Shown in pieces: positions 31,150 to 42,151 of a DNA stretch of 64,000 nt. The notes beneath the pieces are model-generated. The model searched no databases, was not told the origin of the DNA, and saw only the letters and a program-made list of their open reading frames with translations. The DNA is taken from NCBI GenBank assembly GCA_022450395.1, contig JAKUQE010000013.1, positions 395 to 64,394 on the forward strand, in the 5' to 3' direction. Made by a program: the position numbers and the translations under genes. Source of the DNA: Dehalococcoidia bacterium (lineage in GTDB: Bacteria; Chloroflexota; Dehalococcoidia; Lucifugimonadales; UBA3495). The stretch's first letter is position 1, and each line of letters begins with the position of its first letter.

Positions 31150-32400
31150 ATGTTAACCAATCCCCAATTGTTCGCCCCACCGATTTTGCCGCCGCCTCGT
31201 TCCGAGACGGGTATGGTGGGCTGGATGCGGGTGAACTTGTTCAGCGCCTGGCACAACAGCGCGATGACGGTCATGGCTGGTATCGCTCTGGCGTTGGCCT
31301 TATGGTTCGGACTGGGCTGGATAATTCTAGAAGCTAACTGGGCGGTTGTTCCCACGCTGGGCGGCCGGATCATCATCGGCCAGTACAACATCGAAGCTGC
31401 CTGTCCGGGACAAAACTGCTTTTGGCGGCCTCAGGCTGCCCTCCTGCTGACAACTGCCCTGCTGGGAATGGCCTGGGCGGTGGCCGGCGGTGGCGTCACT
31501 AAACGCATCGCCTTGGTAGTTGGAGGAATAGCAGCGGCGTTCGCCTTCCTGCCATACGGCTTTGATCGGATGGGTTTGGATGTGCGCCTGCTACTCCTGG
31601 CGAACCTGCCCGCGCTGGCGGTGGGGTGGGCACTTGCCCGTTACACCCGGTTGGGCTCCGCCTCCTGGATCGCTATCCTGAGTGTCCTCGCGTTCATTTT
31701 GACCTTGGTGTTGTTGCGGGGCATACCCGGGGTGCCGTTCTTGCATCCAGTATCGGTGATCTACTGGGGCGGCCTGATGCTCAACCTGCTGCTGGCGATC
31801 GCCGGGATAGCGCTCAGTTTTCCCGTGGGTATCGTGTTGGCGTTGGGACGACGCAGCCGCCTTCAAGTAGTGAAATTTATGTGCATAGTGTTCATTGAGA
31901 CCTTCCGAGGCGTGCCTCTGATAACACTGTTGTTCATGTCCCAAGTGCTGGTGCCCCTGGCGTTTCCAGATAACTTCCCCCAGAACTCCCTGGTGCGAGC
32001 CGCCATTGTGATTACCCTATTCAGCTCGGCGTACATGGCGGAAAACATACGTGGCGGGCTTCAATCGTTGCACCCTGGCCAAGTGGAGGCAGCGCGGGCG
32101 TTGGGATTGCCCGGCTGGCAGACCACGCTGTTCATTTCCCTGCCCCAGGCCATCCGCAACGTCATTCCTCCCATCGTGGGGCAGTTTATATCGCTGTTTA
32201 AAGACACTAGTTTGGTCTACATAATCGGCATGCTGGACGTGGTGGAGATCAGCCGGGCATTCATACAGGGCAACCCCGAATATCTAGCCAACGCGAAAGA
32301 ATTATTTATTTTCCTGGCGCTGGTCTTCTGGGTCTTCACCTACGGCATGTCATATGTGAGCAGACGAGTTGAGCAGCACCTAGGCGTGGGTGAGCGGTAA
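31150..32400 (+). CDS. Amino acid ABC transporter permease (AapM-like)
   Basis: FRGVPLIT, AENIRGGLQ..GQVEAARALG, LFKDTSL. Confidence 0.92.
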   Translation: MLTNPQLFAPPILPPPRSETGMVGWMRVNLFSAWHNSAMTVMAGIALALALWFGLGWIILEANWAVVPTLGGRIIIGQYNIEAACPGQNCFWRPQAALLLTTALLGMAWAVAGGGVTKRIALVVGGIAAAFAFLPYGFDRMGLDVRLLLLANLPALAVGWALARYTRLGSASWIAILSVLAFILTLVLLRGIPGVPFLHPVSVIYWGGLMLNLLLAIAGIALSFPVGIVLALGRRSRLQVVKFMCIVFIETFRGVPLITLLFMSQVLVPLAFPDNFPQNSLVRAAIVITLFSSAYMAENIRGGLQSLHPGQVEAARALGLPGWQTTLFISLPQAIRNVIPPIVGQFISLFKDTSLVYIIGMLDVVEISRAFIQGNPEYLANAKELFIFLALVFWVFTYGMSYVSRRVEQHLGVGER

Positions 32401-32459
32401 ACACGGTTCAGCATTAGCCGTTTTGACAGGTTAGTCGATTAGGATCTACAGAGGATATT

Positions 32460-33230
32460 ATGGTTGCGAACGAACCAACGATTGAACGAACGATAGAGGC
32501 CGAGGACATCATTGTCTGCCGGGATGTGCATAAGTGGTTCGGCAATTTCCACGTTCTTCGAGGCATCACCACCACCATCAAGAAGGGCGAGGTGGTGGTC
32601 GTCTTCGGACCGTCAGGCTCGGGCAAGTCGACATTTATCCGTACGATAAATCGCCTTGAGGAGCATCAGCGCGGCGACATCATCGTTGACGGCATCGCCC
32701 TCACTAATGATACCCGCAACATCGATGCTATCCGCCGTGATGTAGGCATGGTTTTCCAGTCATTCAACCTCTTTCCCCATTTAAAGGTCATGAATAACAT
32801 CACGCTGGCTCCAATGAAAGTGCGAAAATTGTCTGCTAAAGAGGCTGTGGCCCAAGCCATGGAACTCCTGGAGCGGGTGGGTATACCAGAACAGGCGGAC
32901 AAGTATCCCGCCGAGCTTTCCGGCGGTCAGCAGCAAAGAGTGGCCATAGCCCGGGCGCTGGCCATGCAGCCGAAGATCATGTTATTCGACGAGCCGACTT
33001 CGGCTTTGGACCCAGAGATGATCAAGGAAGTGCTGGACGTGATGCGGGAGTTGGCCACATCTGGCATGACAATGATCGTGATAACTCACGAGATGGGGTT
33101 TGCCAAAGAGGTCGCCGACCGCATGATGATGTTCGATGAAGGCGTGATCGTGGAAGAAGGCTCCCCTGAACAGATATTCGAAGCTCCAAGAAGCGACCGC
33201 ACCAAGCTGTTCCTGTCCCAGATCCTGTGA
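32460..33230 (+). CDS. Amino acid ABC transporter ATPase (AapP-like)
   Basis: [35 protein letters not shown]. Confidence 0.95.
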   Translation: MVANEPTIERTIEAEDIIVCRDVHKWFGNFHVLRGITTTIKKGEVVVVFGPSGSGKSTFIRTINRLEEHQRGDIIVDGIALTNDTRNIDAIRRDVGMVFQSFNLFPHLKVMNNITLAPMKVRKLSAKEAVAQAMELLERVGIPEQADKYPAELSGGQQQRVAIARALAMQPKIMLFDEPTSALDPEMIKEVLDVMRELATSGMTMIVITHEMGFAKEVADRMMMFDEGVIVEEGSPEQIFEAPRSDRTKLFLSQIL

Positions 33231-33318
33231 GGTAACAGGATTAACGGGCACGGTATCGGGGGTGATATTCGAGCCCATTGCCGTGTCTGACAACGGACTT
33301 CGTTAAGCCTGTCTCAAG

Positions 33319-33347
33319 TTGACGCTCCTAGTTGCCTGTGCTACCAT
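33319..33347 (+). promoter_or_regulatory. Sigma70-type promoter upstream of ribF-tyrS
   Basis: TTGACG-17 nt-TACCAT. Confidence 0.55.
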
Positions 33348-33440
33348 CCCAGCGCATCGGTCCGGCGCTCCAAAGTGCCGGATTACGTAATTAAACAGCA
33401 AATCGAGCGGGGGGCTGGCGCACTCGGTTCCAGAGTCGGT

Positions 33441-34379
33441 ATGAACTTCCACCAGCAGTTGGCCTCCATCGCCCCAGACAAAGGAACCGTCCTCACCGTC
33501 GGAGTTTTCGACGGAGTTCACCAAGGACACCGTCATTTGTTACGCCGCTTGGTTGAGCGGGCCGGGTCCGATTACCTTCCCACCGTCCTCACTTTTACCA
33601 ACCACCCCATATCTGTCCTTCGCCCCGGCGTTGAAATTTCCTACCTGACGTCGCTCGATGAAAGGGTGCGCCTGATGAAGGAGCAGGGCATAGAGTTGGT
33701 GGTTCCTTTGGACTTCACTCAGGAGCTGTCCCAGGTTAGCGCCGACGACTTTACCGCTACCCTCGTAGAGTCCCTTCGCATGAAGGGGTTGGTGGCGGGG
33801 CCTGACTCTACCTTTGGGCGAGACCGGCAAGGCGACATCGGCTTCCTGAAGAAAAAGGGCTCGGAGTTGGGGTTCTGGGTTGAGGTATTGGACCCTTTTA
33901 TGATGGACGGGGAATTGGTAAAAAGCCGGCGGATTCGGTCAAGTTTGGAGGAAGGTAACGTCGCTGCCTGTGCCAGGCTCTTGGGTCGGAAGTACGGTTT
34001 TGAAGGGCTGGTGGTGAAAGGAGACCAGCGTGGCGCCGGGATGGGATTCCCCACCGCGAATCTGCAGATGGCTCCCCAGACGGCCCTGCCAGGAGACGGT
34101 GTTTACGCCACCTGGGTAACCATCGATGGCGTGAAGCGCCCTTCCGCCACGAGCATCGGGATCCGGCCCCACTTTGGCTTGTCGGAGCGGTTGGTTGAAG
34201 TATTCGTGATGGATTTCAGCGCCGACTTGTACGGTCAGCGGCTTAACGTGGAGTTTGTCAGCAAACTGCGAGGCCAGGAATCCTTCCCCGGCCTGGAGGA
34301 GTTGATCGCGCAGATCGACCGGGACGTTGCAGGCGCTAGGGCCGCCCTCGACCAAGACAGGAAAGCGGACGGTGCCTAG
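33441..34379 (+). CDS. ribF: Bifunctional riboflavin kinase/FAD synthetase
   Basis: GVFDGVHQGH, GFPTAN, GVYA, SIGIRP, VEV. Confidence 0.95.
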   Translation: MNFHQQLASIAPDKGTVLTVGVFDGVHQGHRHLLRRLVERAGSDYLPTVLTFTNHPISVLRPGVEISYLTSLDERVRLMKEQGIELVVPLDFTQELSQVSADDFTATLVESLRMKGLVAGPDSTFGRDRQGDIGFLKKKGSELGFWVEVLDPFMMDGELVKSRRIRSSLEEGNVAACARLLGRKYGFEGLVVKGDQRGAGMGFPTANLQMAPQTALPGDGVYATWVTIDGVKRPSATSIGIRPHFGLSERLVEVFVMDFSADLYGQRLNVEFVSKLRGQESFPGLEELIAQIDRDVAGARAALDQDRKADGA

Positions 34380-34381
34380 TA

Positions 34382-35623
34382 GTGCTTAGCGAAGAAGTCA
34401 TCGACAAGATAACCCGTCGTGGCGTTCAGGAGATCATCTCCCATGACGAGTTCGTCCGGATGTTGCAAGAGGGAAAGCCGCTACGCCTGAAGATGGGCTT
34501 TGACCCCAGCAGGCCGGACATTCACTTGGGCCATGTGGTGGGTCTTCGCAAGCTGCGCCAACTCCAACAGTTGGGCCACCAGGTGATTCTTGTCGTGGGA
34601 GACTGGACCGCCCAGATCGGCGACCCAAGCGGCCAGTCGGCCACCCGGCCGGTCCTGACCCACGATGAGGTGGTTTCCAACGCCGAGTCCTACCTGCGCC
34701 AGTTCTTTAAGGTTGTGGACAAGGACCTGACTCAGGTGGTGTGGCAGAGTGAATGGTTCGGCAAGTTTGGTCTCGCGGACGTGATTCGGTTGACCGGAAA
34801 GTTCACCGTGGCCCAGTTTTTGCAGCGTGACGACTTCGCCAAGAGGTTCCAAGAGCAACGGCCCATCGCCATTACTGAGTTGCTCTACCCGTTGCTTCAA
34901 GCCTACGATTCGGTGGAGATCCGGTCTGACGTGGAGTTCGGCGGCACCGACCAACGGTTCAACCTGTTGGTGGGCCGGGAACTGCAGCAGATGGAGGGAC
35001 AACGTCCCCAGCAATGCTTCCTCATGCCCATTCTGGTGGGCACCGACGGCGTTCAAAAGATGAGCAAAAGCCTGGACAATTACGTCGGAGTGGAGGAGCC
35101 GCCCAACGATATGTACGGAAAGCTCATGTCACTGCCCGACGAGCTGATCGTTCCCTACTTTGAGTACCTAACTGACGCTCCCTCGGAAGAATTGGCCACC
35201 TTTTCCAGCGACCTGGCGGCGGGTTCGGCCAACCCCATGGTGATGAAGAAGCGCCTGGCCTGGGAGATTACCGCCCAGTTCCACGAGAGGAGCGCCGCCG
35301 ATGCCGCCCAGGAAAACTTCGAACGGGTGGTGCAACGCCGTGCCCTGCCCGAAGAGATTCCCGAGTTCGCCGAGCCGTCTTTGGCGCCATCTTTCGAGAA
35401 TGAGACGAGACGGTTGAGCAATATCATCGTGGACGCGGGCTTGGCCCCCAGCACCACCGAAGCGAAGCGATTGATCAACCAGGGCGCTGTACAGATAATC
35501 TCTGACCCATCTGGTGACTCCCGCACCGTGGACCGGGACGACCGGGCCGCCGGCCTGGGATTGGAGCACCGCACGGTCATCAAAGTCGGCCGCCGCCGAT
35601 TCATCCGGCTGGTCAGCTCCTAA
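34382..35623 (+). CDS. tyrS: Tyrosine-tRNA ligase
   Basis: GFDPSRPDIHLGH, GGTDQ, KMSKS, C-terminal S4 domain. Confidence 0.97.
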   Translation: MLSEEVIDKITRRGVQEIISHDEFVRMLQEGKPLRLKMGFDPSRPDIHLGHVVGLRKLRQLQQLGHQVILVVGDWTAQIGDPSGQSATRPVLTHDEVVSNAESYLRQFFKVVDKDLTQVVWQSEWFGKFGLADVIRLTGKFTVAQFLQRDDFAKRFQEQRPIAITELLYPLLQAYDSVEIRSDVEFGGTDQRFNLLVGRELQQMEGQRPQQCFLMPILVGTDGVQKMSKSLDNYVGVEEPPNDMYGKLMSLPDELIVPYFEYLTDAPSEELATFSSDLAAGSANPMVMKKRLAWEITAQFHERSAADAAQENFERVVQRRALPEEIPEFAEPSLAPSFENETRRLSNIIVDAGLAPSTTEAKRLINQGAVQIISDPSGDSRTVDRDDRAAGLGLEHRTVIKVGRRRFIRLVSS

Positions 35624-35644
35624 CGGCCGTCCACGCCTCCCACG

Positions 35645-35731
35645 TTCCCGTCCCCCCTACGAACGGTCATTTTCCCCGTCCCCCCTTACGAATGGTCATT
35701 TCCCATGTCCCCCCTTCGTAAGGAGGGGACT
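35645..35731. repeat. REP-like CCCCCTT...AAGGGGG element with about 28-nt tandem duplications
   Basis: cccgtcccccctacgaacggtcattt twice, then gtcccccttcgtaaggaggggac hairpin. Confidence 0.7.
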
Positions 35732-35750
35732 TTGATTGCATCCCTTCACG

Positions 35751-35779
35751 TTGACACCCCTTTCGGGCCAATCTAGACT
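35751..35779 (+). promoter_or_regulatory. Sigma70-type promoter for the acyl-CoA mutase gene
   Basis: TTGACA-17 nt-TAGACT. Confidence 0.65.
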
Positions 35780-35845
35780 GGATACTAGAAACGGTTTCAG
35801 GGATCAGTCCGGACTGATCCTTCTCAGTATTCCTGGAGGTGCCCA

Positions 35846-37510
35846 TTGTCTCCCTCTGAAGATTCGGAGCGGTTGCGTAGCCATATCAGCCAGTGGCGCG
35901 ACAATAACGTTGGCGCCGGGCAACGCCGCCCGGACTACAAGACCCCGTCTCAGATCCCGGTGAAGGAGGTATACACTCCTGAGGACCTGCCGGATTCTGA
36001 CTATCTGCGAGACGTCGGACTGCCGGGGGAGTACCCCTATTTGAGGGGGGTCCATCCCACGGGTTACCGGGCACGCTTGTGGACCATGCGCATGTTCGCC
36101 GGGTTTGGTCTGGCCGAAGAGACCAATGAACGTTTTAAAGTCTTGCTGGGCAACGGCGAAACCGGCCTGAGCGTTGCCTTCGACATGCCCACCCTCTACG
36201 GTTATGACACCGACGACCCCAGGGCAGCCGGTGAGTTCGGCACGTGTGGCGTGGCGATCTCCACTATGGCCGACATGGAGACTCTCTTCGACGGCATCAG
36301 CCTTGAGGACGTCACCACCTCCATGACCATCAACAGCCCGGCGGCTATCATCTGGGCCATGTTCATCGCCGTTGCGGAAAAACAAGGGGCTGATCTGAGT
36401 AAAGTCGGCGGCACCTTGCAGAACGACATCCTCAAGGAGTACATCGCCCAGAACGAGTACATATTCCCTCCCGAGCCTTCCATGCGTCTGGTGGTGGACA
36501 CTGTGGAGTTCGCCACGAGGCACATGCCCCGCTGGAACCCCATCAGCATCAGCGGCTACCACATCCGGGAGGCTGGGTCCAACGCGGTGCAGGAGCTGGC
36601 TTTCACCCTGGCCGATGGATTTGAGTATGTGCGCCAATGCGTTGCCCGGGGACTGGCCATCGACGACTTCGTGCCCAGGCTCAGCTTCTTCTTCAACGTG
36701 CACAACAATTTCTTCGAGGAGATCGCCAAGTTCCGCGCGGCCCGGCGTATCTGGGCCCGGGAGATGACGGAGACGTTCAAGGTCCAGAACCCGCGTTCGG
36801 CGTGGCTACGGTTCCATGCCCAGACTTCCGGAGCCACCCTGACGGCTCAGCAGCCGGACAACAACGTGGCCAGGGTGTCCATGCAGGCATTGGCCGCGGT
36901 CCTTGGCGGCTGCCAGTCGCTGCATACCAACGGTAAGGACGAAGCCTGGGCTCTCCCTTCAGAAGACGCGGCCCTTCTAGCCCTACGCACCCAGCAGATC
37001 ATCGCCCACGAAACGGGAGTCACCGATACGGTTGACCCGCTAGGTGGCAGCTACTTTGTAGAGTCGTTGACCAACCAACTGGAAGCCGCGGCCTACGACT
37101 ATTTTCGACGCATCGACGATATGGGCGGGGTTATGGCGGCTCTTGAGAGCGGCTTCTTACAGAGAGAGATCGCCGACGCGTCGTATATCTATCAGATGGA
37201 AGAGGACCGTAAAGAGCGGATCACGGTGGGCGTCAACGAGCACTGCACCGACGACGCTCTGGAGATACCCCTGCAACGGGTTGACCGGGAGGGAGAGCGG
37301 CGCCAGGTAGACCGGTTGAACGAGATACGGCGCACTCGGGACAATCGCGACGTGGCGGAAAAACTGCGGGCTTTGGAACGAGCCGCCAAGGGTTCGGACA
37401 ATCTGATGCCGCCCTTGTTGGAGGCGGTGAAGGCGTATGCGTCAGTGGGGGAGATGATGGACGTGTTCCGGGGCGTCTTTGGCGAATACCAACCCTCGTG
37501 GGGATTTTAG
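35846..37510 (+). CDS. B12-dependent acyl-CoA mutase large subunit (isobutyryl-CoA mutase-like)
   Basis: [41 protein letters not shown]; no B12-binding domain. Confidence 0.88.
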   Translation: MSPSEDSERLRSHISQWRDNNVGAGQRRPDYKTPSQIPVKEVYTPEDLPDSDYLRDVGLPGEYPYLRGVHPTGYRARLWTMRMFAGFGLAEETNERFKVLLGNGETGLSVAFDMPTLYGYDTDDPRAAGEFGTCGVAISTMADMETLFDGISLEDVTTSMTINSPAAIIWAMFIAVAEKQGADLSKVGGTLQNDILKEYIAQNEYIFPPEPSMRLVVDTVEFATRHMPRWNPISISGYHIREAGSNAVQELAFTLADGFEYVRQCVARGLAIDDFVPRLSFFFNVHNNFFEEIAKFRAARRIWAREMTETFKVQNPRSAWLRFHAQTSGATLTAQQPDNNVARVSMQALAAVLGGCQSLHTNGKDEAWALPSEDAALLALRTQQIIAHETGVTDTVDPLGGSYFVESLTNQLEAAAYDYFRRIDDMGGVMAALESGFLQREIADASYIYQMEEDRKERITVGVNEHCTDDALEIPLQRVDREGERRQVDRLNEIRRTRDNRDVAEKLRALERAAKGSDNLMPPLLEAVKAYASVGEMMDVFRGVFGEYQPSWGF

Positions 37511-37554
37511 TACTGGTCCATTTTTGTCATGAGTGATGGCCGGCCAATCTCGGC

Positions 37555-37644
37555 ATCATTTCATTCCCAGGAGCGAAGCGACGGGGAACCTAGAGCTGGG
37601 GCCTTTCACCCATCCTGAGATTCCTCCCTGCGGCTGGAATGACA
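37555..37644. repeat. REP-like element (TCATTCC...GGAATGAC family)
   Basis: tcattcccaggagcgaagcgacggggaacct ... agattcctccctgcggctggaatgaca. Confidence 0.65.
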
Positions 37645-37675
37645 AATGTTGCGCTTAACCGGACACGGCAATAAC

Positions 37676-37713
37676 AATTACAAGAGCCCCGGCCACCCGG
37701 GGCTCTTGTAATT
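37676..37713. terminator. Bidirectional terminator, 17-bp perfect stem
   Basis: AATTACAAGAGCCCCGG-CCAC-CCGGGGCTCTTGTAATT between convergent genes. Confidence 0.8.
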
Positions 37714-37742
37714 TGGTGCTGGTTCCTAACCGGACCTTGGGA

Positions 37743-39782
37743 CTAAACCTTTTCCTCTTCTTTGGCCCGTTTGGCTTCCTCGATTACCTTGAGTTGCATG
37801 TCGGGCGGCAAAGGATCGTAGTGGTCGAACTCCAACCGGTAAACGCCCCGGCCTTGGCTGACCGACCTCAGGTCCTGGGAGTAACGTTGCACCGCTCCTT
37901 GAGGTACTTCAGCTTCGATCTCGGTGCTTCCGTCCATGGGGGTCATGCCCAGAATACGGGCCCGTTTGCCTTGCAGGTCGCTCATTACCTCCCCGGTGTA
38001 GGTGTCGGGCACGGTAACGTACAGCTTCATGATCGGCTCTAGCAGGATGGGACTCGCGTCGGCCACGCCTTTGCGCATGGCCTGGTTGCCGGCGATCTCA
38101 AAGGACATTCCCGAAGAATCCACGTCGTGGAAGCTTCCGTCGCAAAGCACGGCTTTCATGTCCACCATGGGGAAACCGGCCAGCACTCCCTCATCCATGG
38201 CCTTTATGACGCCCTTCTCGACCGATGGGAAGTACTCCCTGGGCACCTTTCCGCCAACAACCTCGGTGCCGAACTCGAACCCCGCGGTACGGTCCAGCGG
38301 CTCCAGCCGGATGACTACATGGCCGTACTGCCCGTGTCCGCCCGACTGTTTCTTGTGCCGGTATTCGGACCTGATCGTCTGGGTGATGGTTTCTTTGTAG
38401 GCCACCTTGGGCATCTTGACTCTTAGGTCGGCGCCAAACTTGCGCCGTATCTTGTCCATGGCCACATCGATCTGGGCGTCGCCCAGGCCGGAGATCAGCG
38501 ATTCGGCGGTGTCTGGGTCCCGGGAATATCGTAACGTGGGGTCCTCTTCCACGATGCGGGCCAGGGATGTGGACATTTTGTCCAGGTCGGCTTTGGTCGC
38601 GGGAGACACGGCCACCCGATAGAACCCTACGGGAAAGTCGATCGGCTCGAAGCTAACCGGCTGTTCCCGGAGACATAACGTATCGCCGGTCAACGTCTCG
38701 GAAAGCTTACCGATGGCGCCGATGTCTCCGGCGCTAACTTCGGTCACGTTCTCCTGAGATTTGCCTCGAGGCAGATACAACTGTCCGATGCGCTCATTGT
38801 TCTCCCGGCCGCTGTTCCAAACCTCCGAGTTGCTCTTGATGACGCCGCGATAGACCCGGAAAACGGACAGTTTACCCACGAATGGGTCGGCAGTGGTTTT
38901 GAATACGAAAGCGGCCAGCGGTCCGTTGGCATCGGCCTCGAATCCGTCAGCGCCGCTGGACATTTCAGGCTTGACTCCGTCTTTTGGCGAAGGCAAGAAT
39001 TCCCTTACCAAGGCCATACACTCTTCCACACCCACGTTATCGGTGGCTGAGGCGGCCAAAATGGGCACGAGATCGCCGTTAAGAATGCCGGCCCGGACGG
39101 CGGCCGCTATCTCTTCATTGGTCAGGTCTTCTCCTTCCAGGTATCTGTCGGCCAAGGCGTCATCGGTTTCCGCCACGGCTTCAATCAGACGTTCTCTGGC
39201 AGCCTCCAACTCGGCGGCGATCTCCCCGGGGGCGTCAGCAGGGGGATGAATCACGCTGACGACGCCCTTGAAGTCCTGGGCGCTTCCGATGGGTAGTTGA
39301 AAGGGAACGCAGTGGTTCCCGAAGGTTGCTTGAATCTCGGACACGCAACGGTCGAAGTCCGCATTTTCCCGATCCATCTTGTTGACCAAGAACATCCTGG
39401 GCAAACCCTGGTCCTTGGCCAGGTTCCAGGCCCGTTCGGTGCCAACGTCTACGCCGGAAGGCCCGGCCAGCAGGATCAAAGCTGATTCAACCACCCGCAA
39501 CGCGGCGGTAACTTCGCCTTGAAAGTCGTCATATCCTGGAGTATCCAGGTAATTGACTTTGTATCCGTCTGCTTCACAAGCGATCAGAGTAGTCTGGATG
39601 CTGCTGCTACGCTTGATCTCTTCCGGCTCGAAATCGGAGACGGTGTTGCCATCCTCGATCCGGCCAAGACGCGTAACGTGCTTGGAATTGAAGATCAGGG
39701 CTTCGCTGAGAGACGTCTTCCCGGCGCCGCTGTGCGACAGTAGAACCACGTTTCTGATGTTTCCGACATCTACGTTGGGCAT
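37743..39782 (-). CDS. Elongation factor G paralogue (EF-G2 type)
   Basis: SHSGAGKTS P-loop (not the canonical AHIDAGKTT), DTPGY, NKMD, KKQSGGHGQYG, GSFHDVDSS. Confidence 0.92.
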   Translation of the reverse strand: MPNVDVGNIRNVVLLSHSGAGKTSLSEALIFNSKHVTRLGRIEDGNTVSDFEPEEIKRSSSIQTTLIACEADGYKVNYLDTPGYDDFQGEVTAALRVVESALILLAGPSGVDVGTERAWNLAKDQGLPRMFLVNKMDRENADFDRCVSEIQATFGNHCVPFQLPIGSAQDFKGVVSVIHPPADAPGEIAAELEAARERLIEAVAETDDALADRYLEGEDLTNEEIAAAVRAGILNGDLVPILAASATDNVGVEECMALVREFLPSPKDGVKPEMSSGADGFEADANGPLAAFVFKTTADPFVGKLSVFRVYRGVIKSNSEVWNSGRENNERIGQLYLPRGKSQENVTEVSAGDIGAIGKLSETLTGDTLCLREQPVSFEPIDFPVGFYRVAVSPATKADLDKMSTSLARIVEEDPTLRYSRDPDTAESLISGLGDAQIDVAMDKIRRKFGADLRVKMPKVAYKETITQTIRSEYRHKKQSGGHGQYGHVVIRLEPLDRTAGFEFGTEVVGGKVPREYFPSVEKGVIKAMDEGVLAGFPMVDMKAVLCDGSFHDVDSSGMSFEIAGNQAMRKGVADASPILLEPIMKLYVTVPDTYTGEVMSDLQGKRARILGMTPMDGSTEIEAEVPQGAVQRYSQDLRSVSQGRGVYRLEFDHYDPLPPDMQLKVIEEAKRAKEEEKV

Positions 39783-40023
39783 CTAGCATCCCCCTTTGGT
39801 TTAGGGTACCAAAATGCAGGTTAAGTCACCCAACCAGATCAACCGGCCCGGCCAGTTTTGACCAGGCCTCCGGCGGGATGAATCCCAGCCTTCGGTTCTG
39901 CGGTAATTGTAGCTGTTTAGGTGGCGTTGGTGCAATATGTTTTGGACGAATGACGTCCCTACGGAAACTGCCAGGCATCCGGCAGGCTTCCAGATGCAAC
40001 GCCGGCGCCAAGATTCGGACCGT

Positions 40024-40051
40024 TTGACACCTTGTGACGCCGGGATATAAT
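40024..40051 (+). promoter_or_regulatory. Consensus sigma70 promoter upstream of the RidA gene
   Basis: TTGACA-16 nt-TATAAT. Confidence 0.7.
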
Positions 40052-40128
40052 AAAACATCCTTGGAATCCAGGCTCGAGATTCCAGGCTTGGCGATAGGGT
40101 TCTAGAAGATGTTTTGCGAGGTGTAGCG

Positions 40129-40515
40129 ATGCCGAAGAAAGAGATAATCTCTAGCGATAAACTGGCGCCCGGCAGGGGCCTGCTTTCCCAGGCTACCCGA
40201 TTCGGAAACATGGTGTTCGTGCAAGGGTGCACCGGCCGCCATCCAACCACCAACGACACCGGCAAAGACATCAGAGAGCAGACACGGTTCACCCTGGACC
40301 GGATCAAGCTCATCTTGGAAGCCGCTGGAACATCCCTGGACAACGTGATGACCAACACCTGCTACTTGGCTCGCAAAGAAGACCTGGAGGGGTTCAACGA
40401 AGTCTACGGAGAGTATTTCAAAGATGACCGGCCGGCGCGCACGGCGATCATCGTCGAGTTCGGCGCGGCCGATAACCTGGTGGAGATAACCTCCACGGCA
40501 TGTATTCCGGGATAG
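40129..40515 (+). CDS. RidA/YjgF family protein
   Basis: SQA, IREQT, FNEVYGEYF..RPART, LVEI; GAGGTG SD before ATG 40129. Confidence 0.9.
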   Translation: MPKKEIISSDKLAPGRGLLSQATRFGNMVFVQGCTGRHPTTNDTGKDIREQTRFTLDRIKLILEAAGTSLDNVMTNTCYLARKEDLEGFNEVYGEYFKDDRPARTAIIVEFGAADNLVEITSTACIPG

Positions 40516-40547
40516 GATAGTCTAAATACGCCAGGCAGGAGCATCCC

Positions 40548-40781
40548 ATGGGAACTAGAGCCTACATACTGATCGAAACCCAGGTAGGAATGGCCAGGGG
40601 TGTCGCGGACTCGTTGCGTTCTTTCGACAAAGTTCAGACGGTTGACGTCATCACCGGGCCGTTCGATGTCATCGTTCTGATCGAAGCCCCGGATATGGCG
40701 GCGGTGGCCGATCTGGTAACCGGTCAGGTCCAGGGACTGAAGGGCGTGATCCGCACCATTACTTGTGTAGCGGCGGGGTAA
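40548..40781 (+). CDS. Stand-alone Lrp/AsnC ligand-binding domain protein
   Basis: AYILIET..G, ITGPFDVI, GVIRTIT. Confidence 0.88.
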   Translation: MGTRAYILIETQVGMARGVADSLRSFDKVQTVDVITGPFDVIVLIEAPDMAAVADLVTGQVQGLKGVIRTITCVAAG

Positions 40782-40809
40782 GATTATTTCCGGGATCTAT
40801 TGGGAGGGG

Positions 40810-40875
40810 CCCTTCGACAGGCTCAGGGCTAACGGACAAGAGAACTCCCGCCGTTGGTAGTAGGCTTGTCGAACC
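40810..40875. repeat. REP-like palindrome pair (CCTTCGACAGGCTCAGG family)
   Basis: cccttcgacaggctcagggctaacgg ... ccgttggtagtaggcttgtcgaacc. Confidence 0.75.
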
Positions 40876-40948
40876 ACAGCGCCGGGTAGGAATCCAAGCA
40901 TTGGCTACGGAACAATCCGATTTGGCTCGCCTCGTGACCTGCCGGGAG

Positions 40949-42076
40949 TTACAGGAACCCCAGTTGCTCGAAATTCCCTCCCACGACCGGCTGAGGGTCT
41001 AACCCCAGCCACCTTTCCACCATGGTCCCGTAAACACCCCTGAAGTCGATGTTGAAGCGCAGGTCGCCCTCCAACAGGTCCTCCTCTTTCAACGAGGGAT
41101 ACTCGCCGTGCATGCCGCCTTTCACCGGATCGCCGATGGCCATCGACATCCCGCCGGAGCCGTGGTCGGTGCCGGAACCGTTGTCCTTAACCCGGCGTCC
41201 GAACTCGGTGAACACGAACATCAGCACGTTGTCCGACGCGTCGTGCTCCCGAAGATCGGCGTAAAAGTCCCCGATCCCTTGGGAAAGCTCCCCCAGCAGC
41301 ATCGGCTGGGTGGGCACTTGGTTGGCGTGGGTGTCGAAACCGCTTTGCTGAGTGTAGAAGATACGGGTCCCCAGATCCGCCAATAACACCTGGGCGATTC
41401 CTTTCAGGTTTTGGGAGATGGGGTTGTCGCCATACTCGACTGTCGAATGGTATTTGCCGGGCGCGGTCTTCAAGATGTCCGCGCCTTGCAGCGCGTTCAG
41501 GCCGGTTTGGCCGAGATAATCCATGACCGGGCCGGTCCCAGATACCGGGGCATACATGCGGGCGAAAATGTCCAAAGCCTCGGTCCGGCGCTCCTGGTCT
41601 GATATTCCAGTCAACACGCCGTACGATGCCAAATTTCCTACCGACGCCACGGGGACGCCGGGCAGAGCCAAGGCCCGGGGTAGTCCGCGTCCAAAGTTGA
41701 CTCCCGTCAACACGTTTTCCGCCTTGGGATCCAAGTCGCGGATGACCCGCCCCAGCCAGCCTTCGGTGGCGATCTTTTCCGGCTCGCAAGTATGCCAGAT
41801 GTCCATGGAGCGGAAGTGGGACCGGTTGGGACTGGGATAGCCAACCCCATTGATGATGGCCACCTTGCCCTGGTCGTACAGCTCCTTGATGGGGCCGCAT
41901 GCCGGGTTAAAACCGACCTGATCGTCGATGGGCAAGACCTGGTCCTCGGGTATGCCTACCGTCGGACGATTATCGTGGTACAGCGGATTTGCGTAGGGGA
42001 TGACCGTGTTCATGTAGTCGTTGGCGCCGGTCAACTGCACCACTACCAAAACTGGGTCTTTCTTCGTCGTGGTCAC
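40949..42076 (-). CDS. DUF1501 domain protein
   Basis: LVVVQLTGAND, PNRSHFRS, GFDTHANQ, TEFGRR..NGSGTDHG. Confidence 0.9.
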   Translation of the reverse strand: MTTTKKDPVLVVVQLTGANDYMNTVIPYANPLYHDNRPTVGIPEDQVLPIDDQVGFNPACGPIKELYDQGKVAIINGVGYPSPNRSHFRSMDIWHTCEPEKIATEGWLGRVIRDLDPKAENVLTGVNFGRGLPRALALPGVPVASVGNLASYGVLTGISDQERRTEALDIFARMYAPVSGTGPVMDYLGQTGLNALQGADILKTAPGKYHSTVEYGDNPISQNLKGIAQVLLADLGTRIFYTQQSGFDTHANQVPTQPMLLGELSQGIGDFYADLREHDASDNVLMFVFTEFGRRVKDNGSGTDHGSGGMSMAIGDPVKGGMHGEYPSLKEEDLLEGDLRFNIDFRGVYGTMVERWLGLDPQPVVGGNFEQLGFL

Positions 42077-42151
42077 GGGCTCAGCTCCTGGGCTGGGATG
42101 GAATCACTTTAGCAGCGGGGCGGGAGGCCGTCAACGCAGGCTTGATGCGGT

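Noticed and set aside
35645-35731. About 28-nt repeats after tyrS as a mini-CRISPR or T-box
   Set aside because: Contiguous degenerate copies without unique spacers, and downstream rather than upstream of tyrS; fits a REP duplication.
39790-40020. Possible structured leader upstream of EF-G2
   Set aside because: Only weak GC-rich pairing and no recognised motif.
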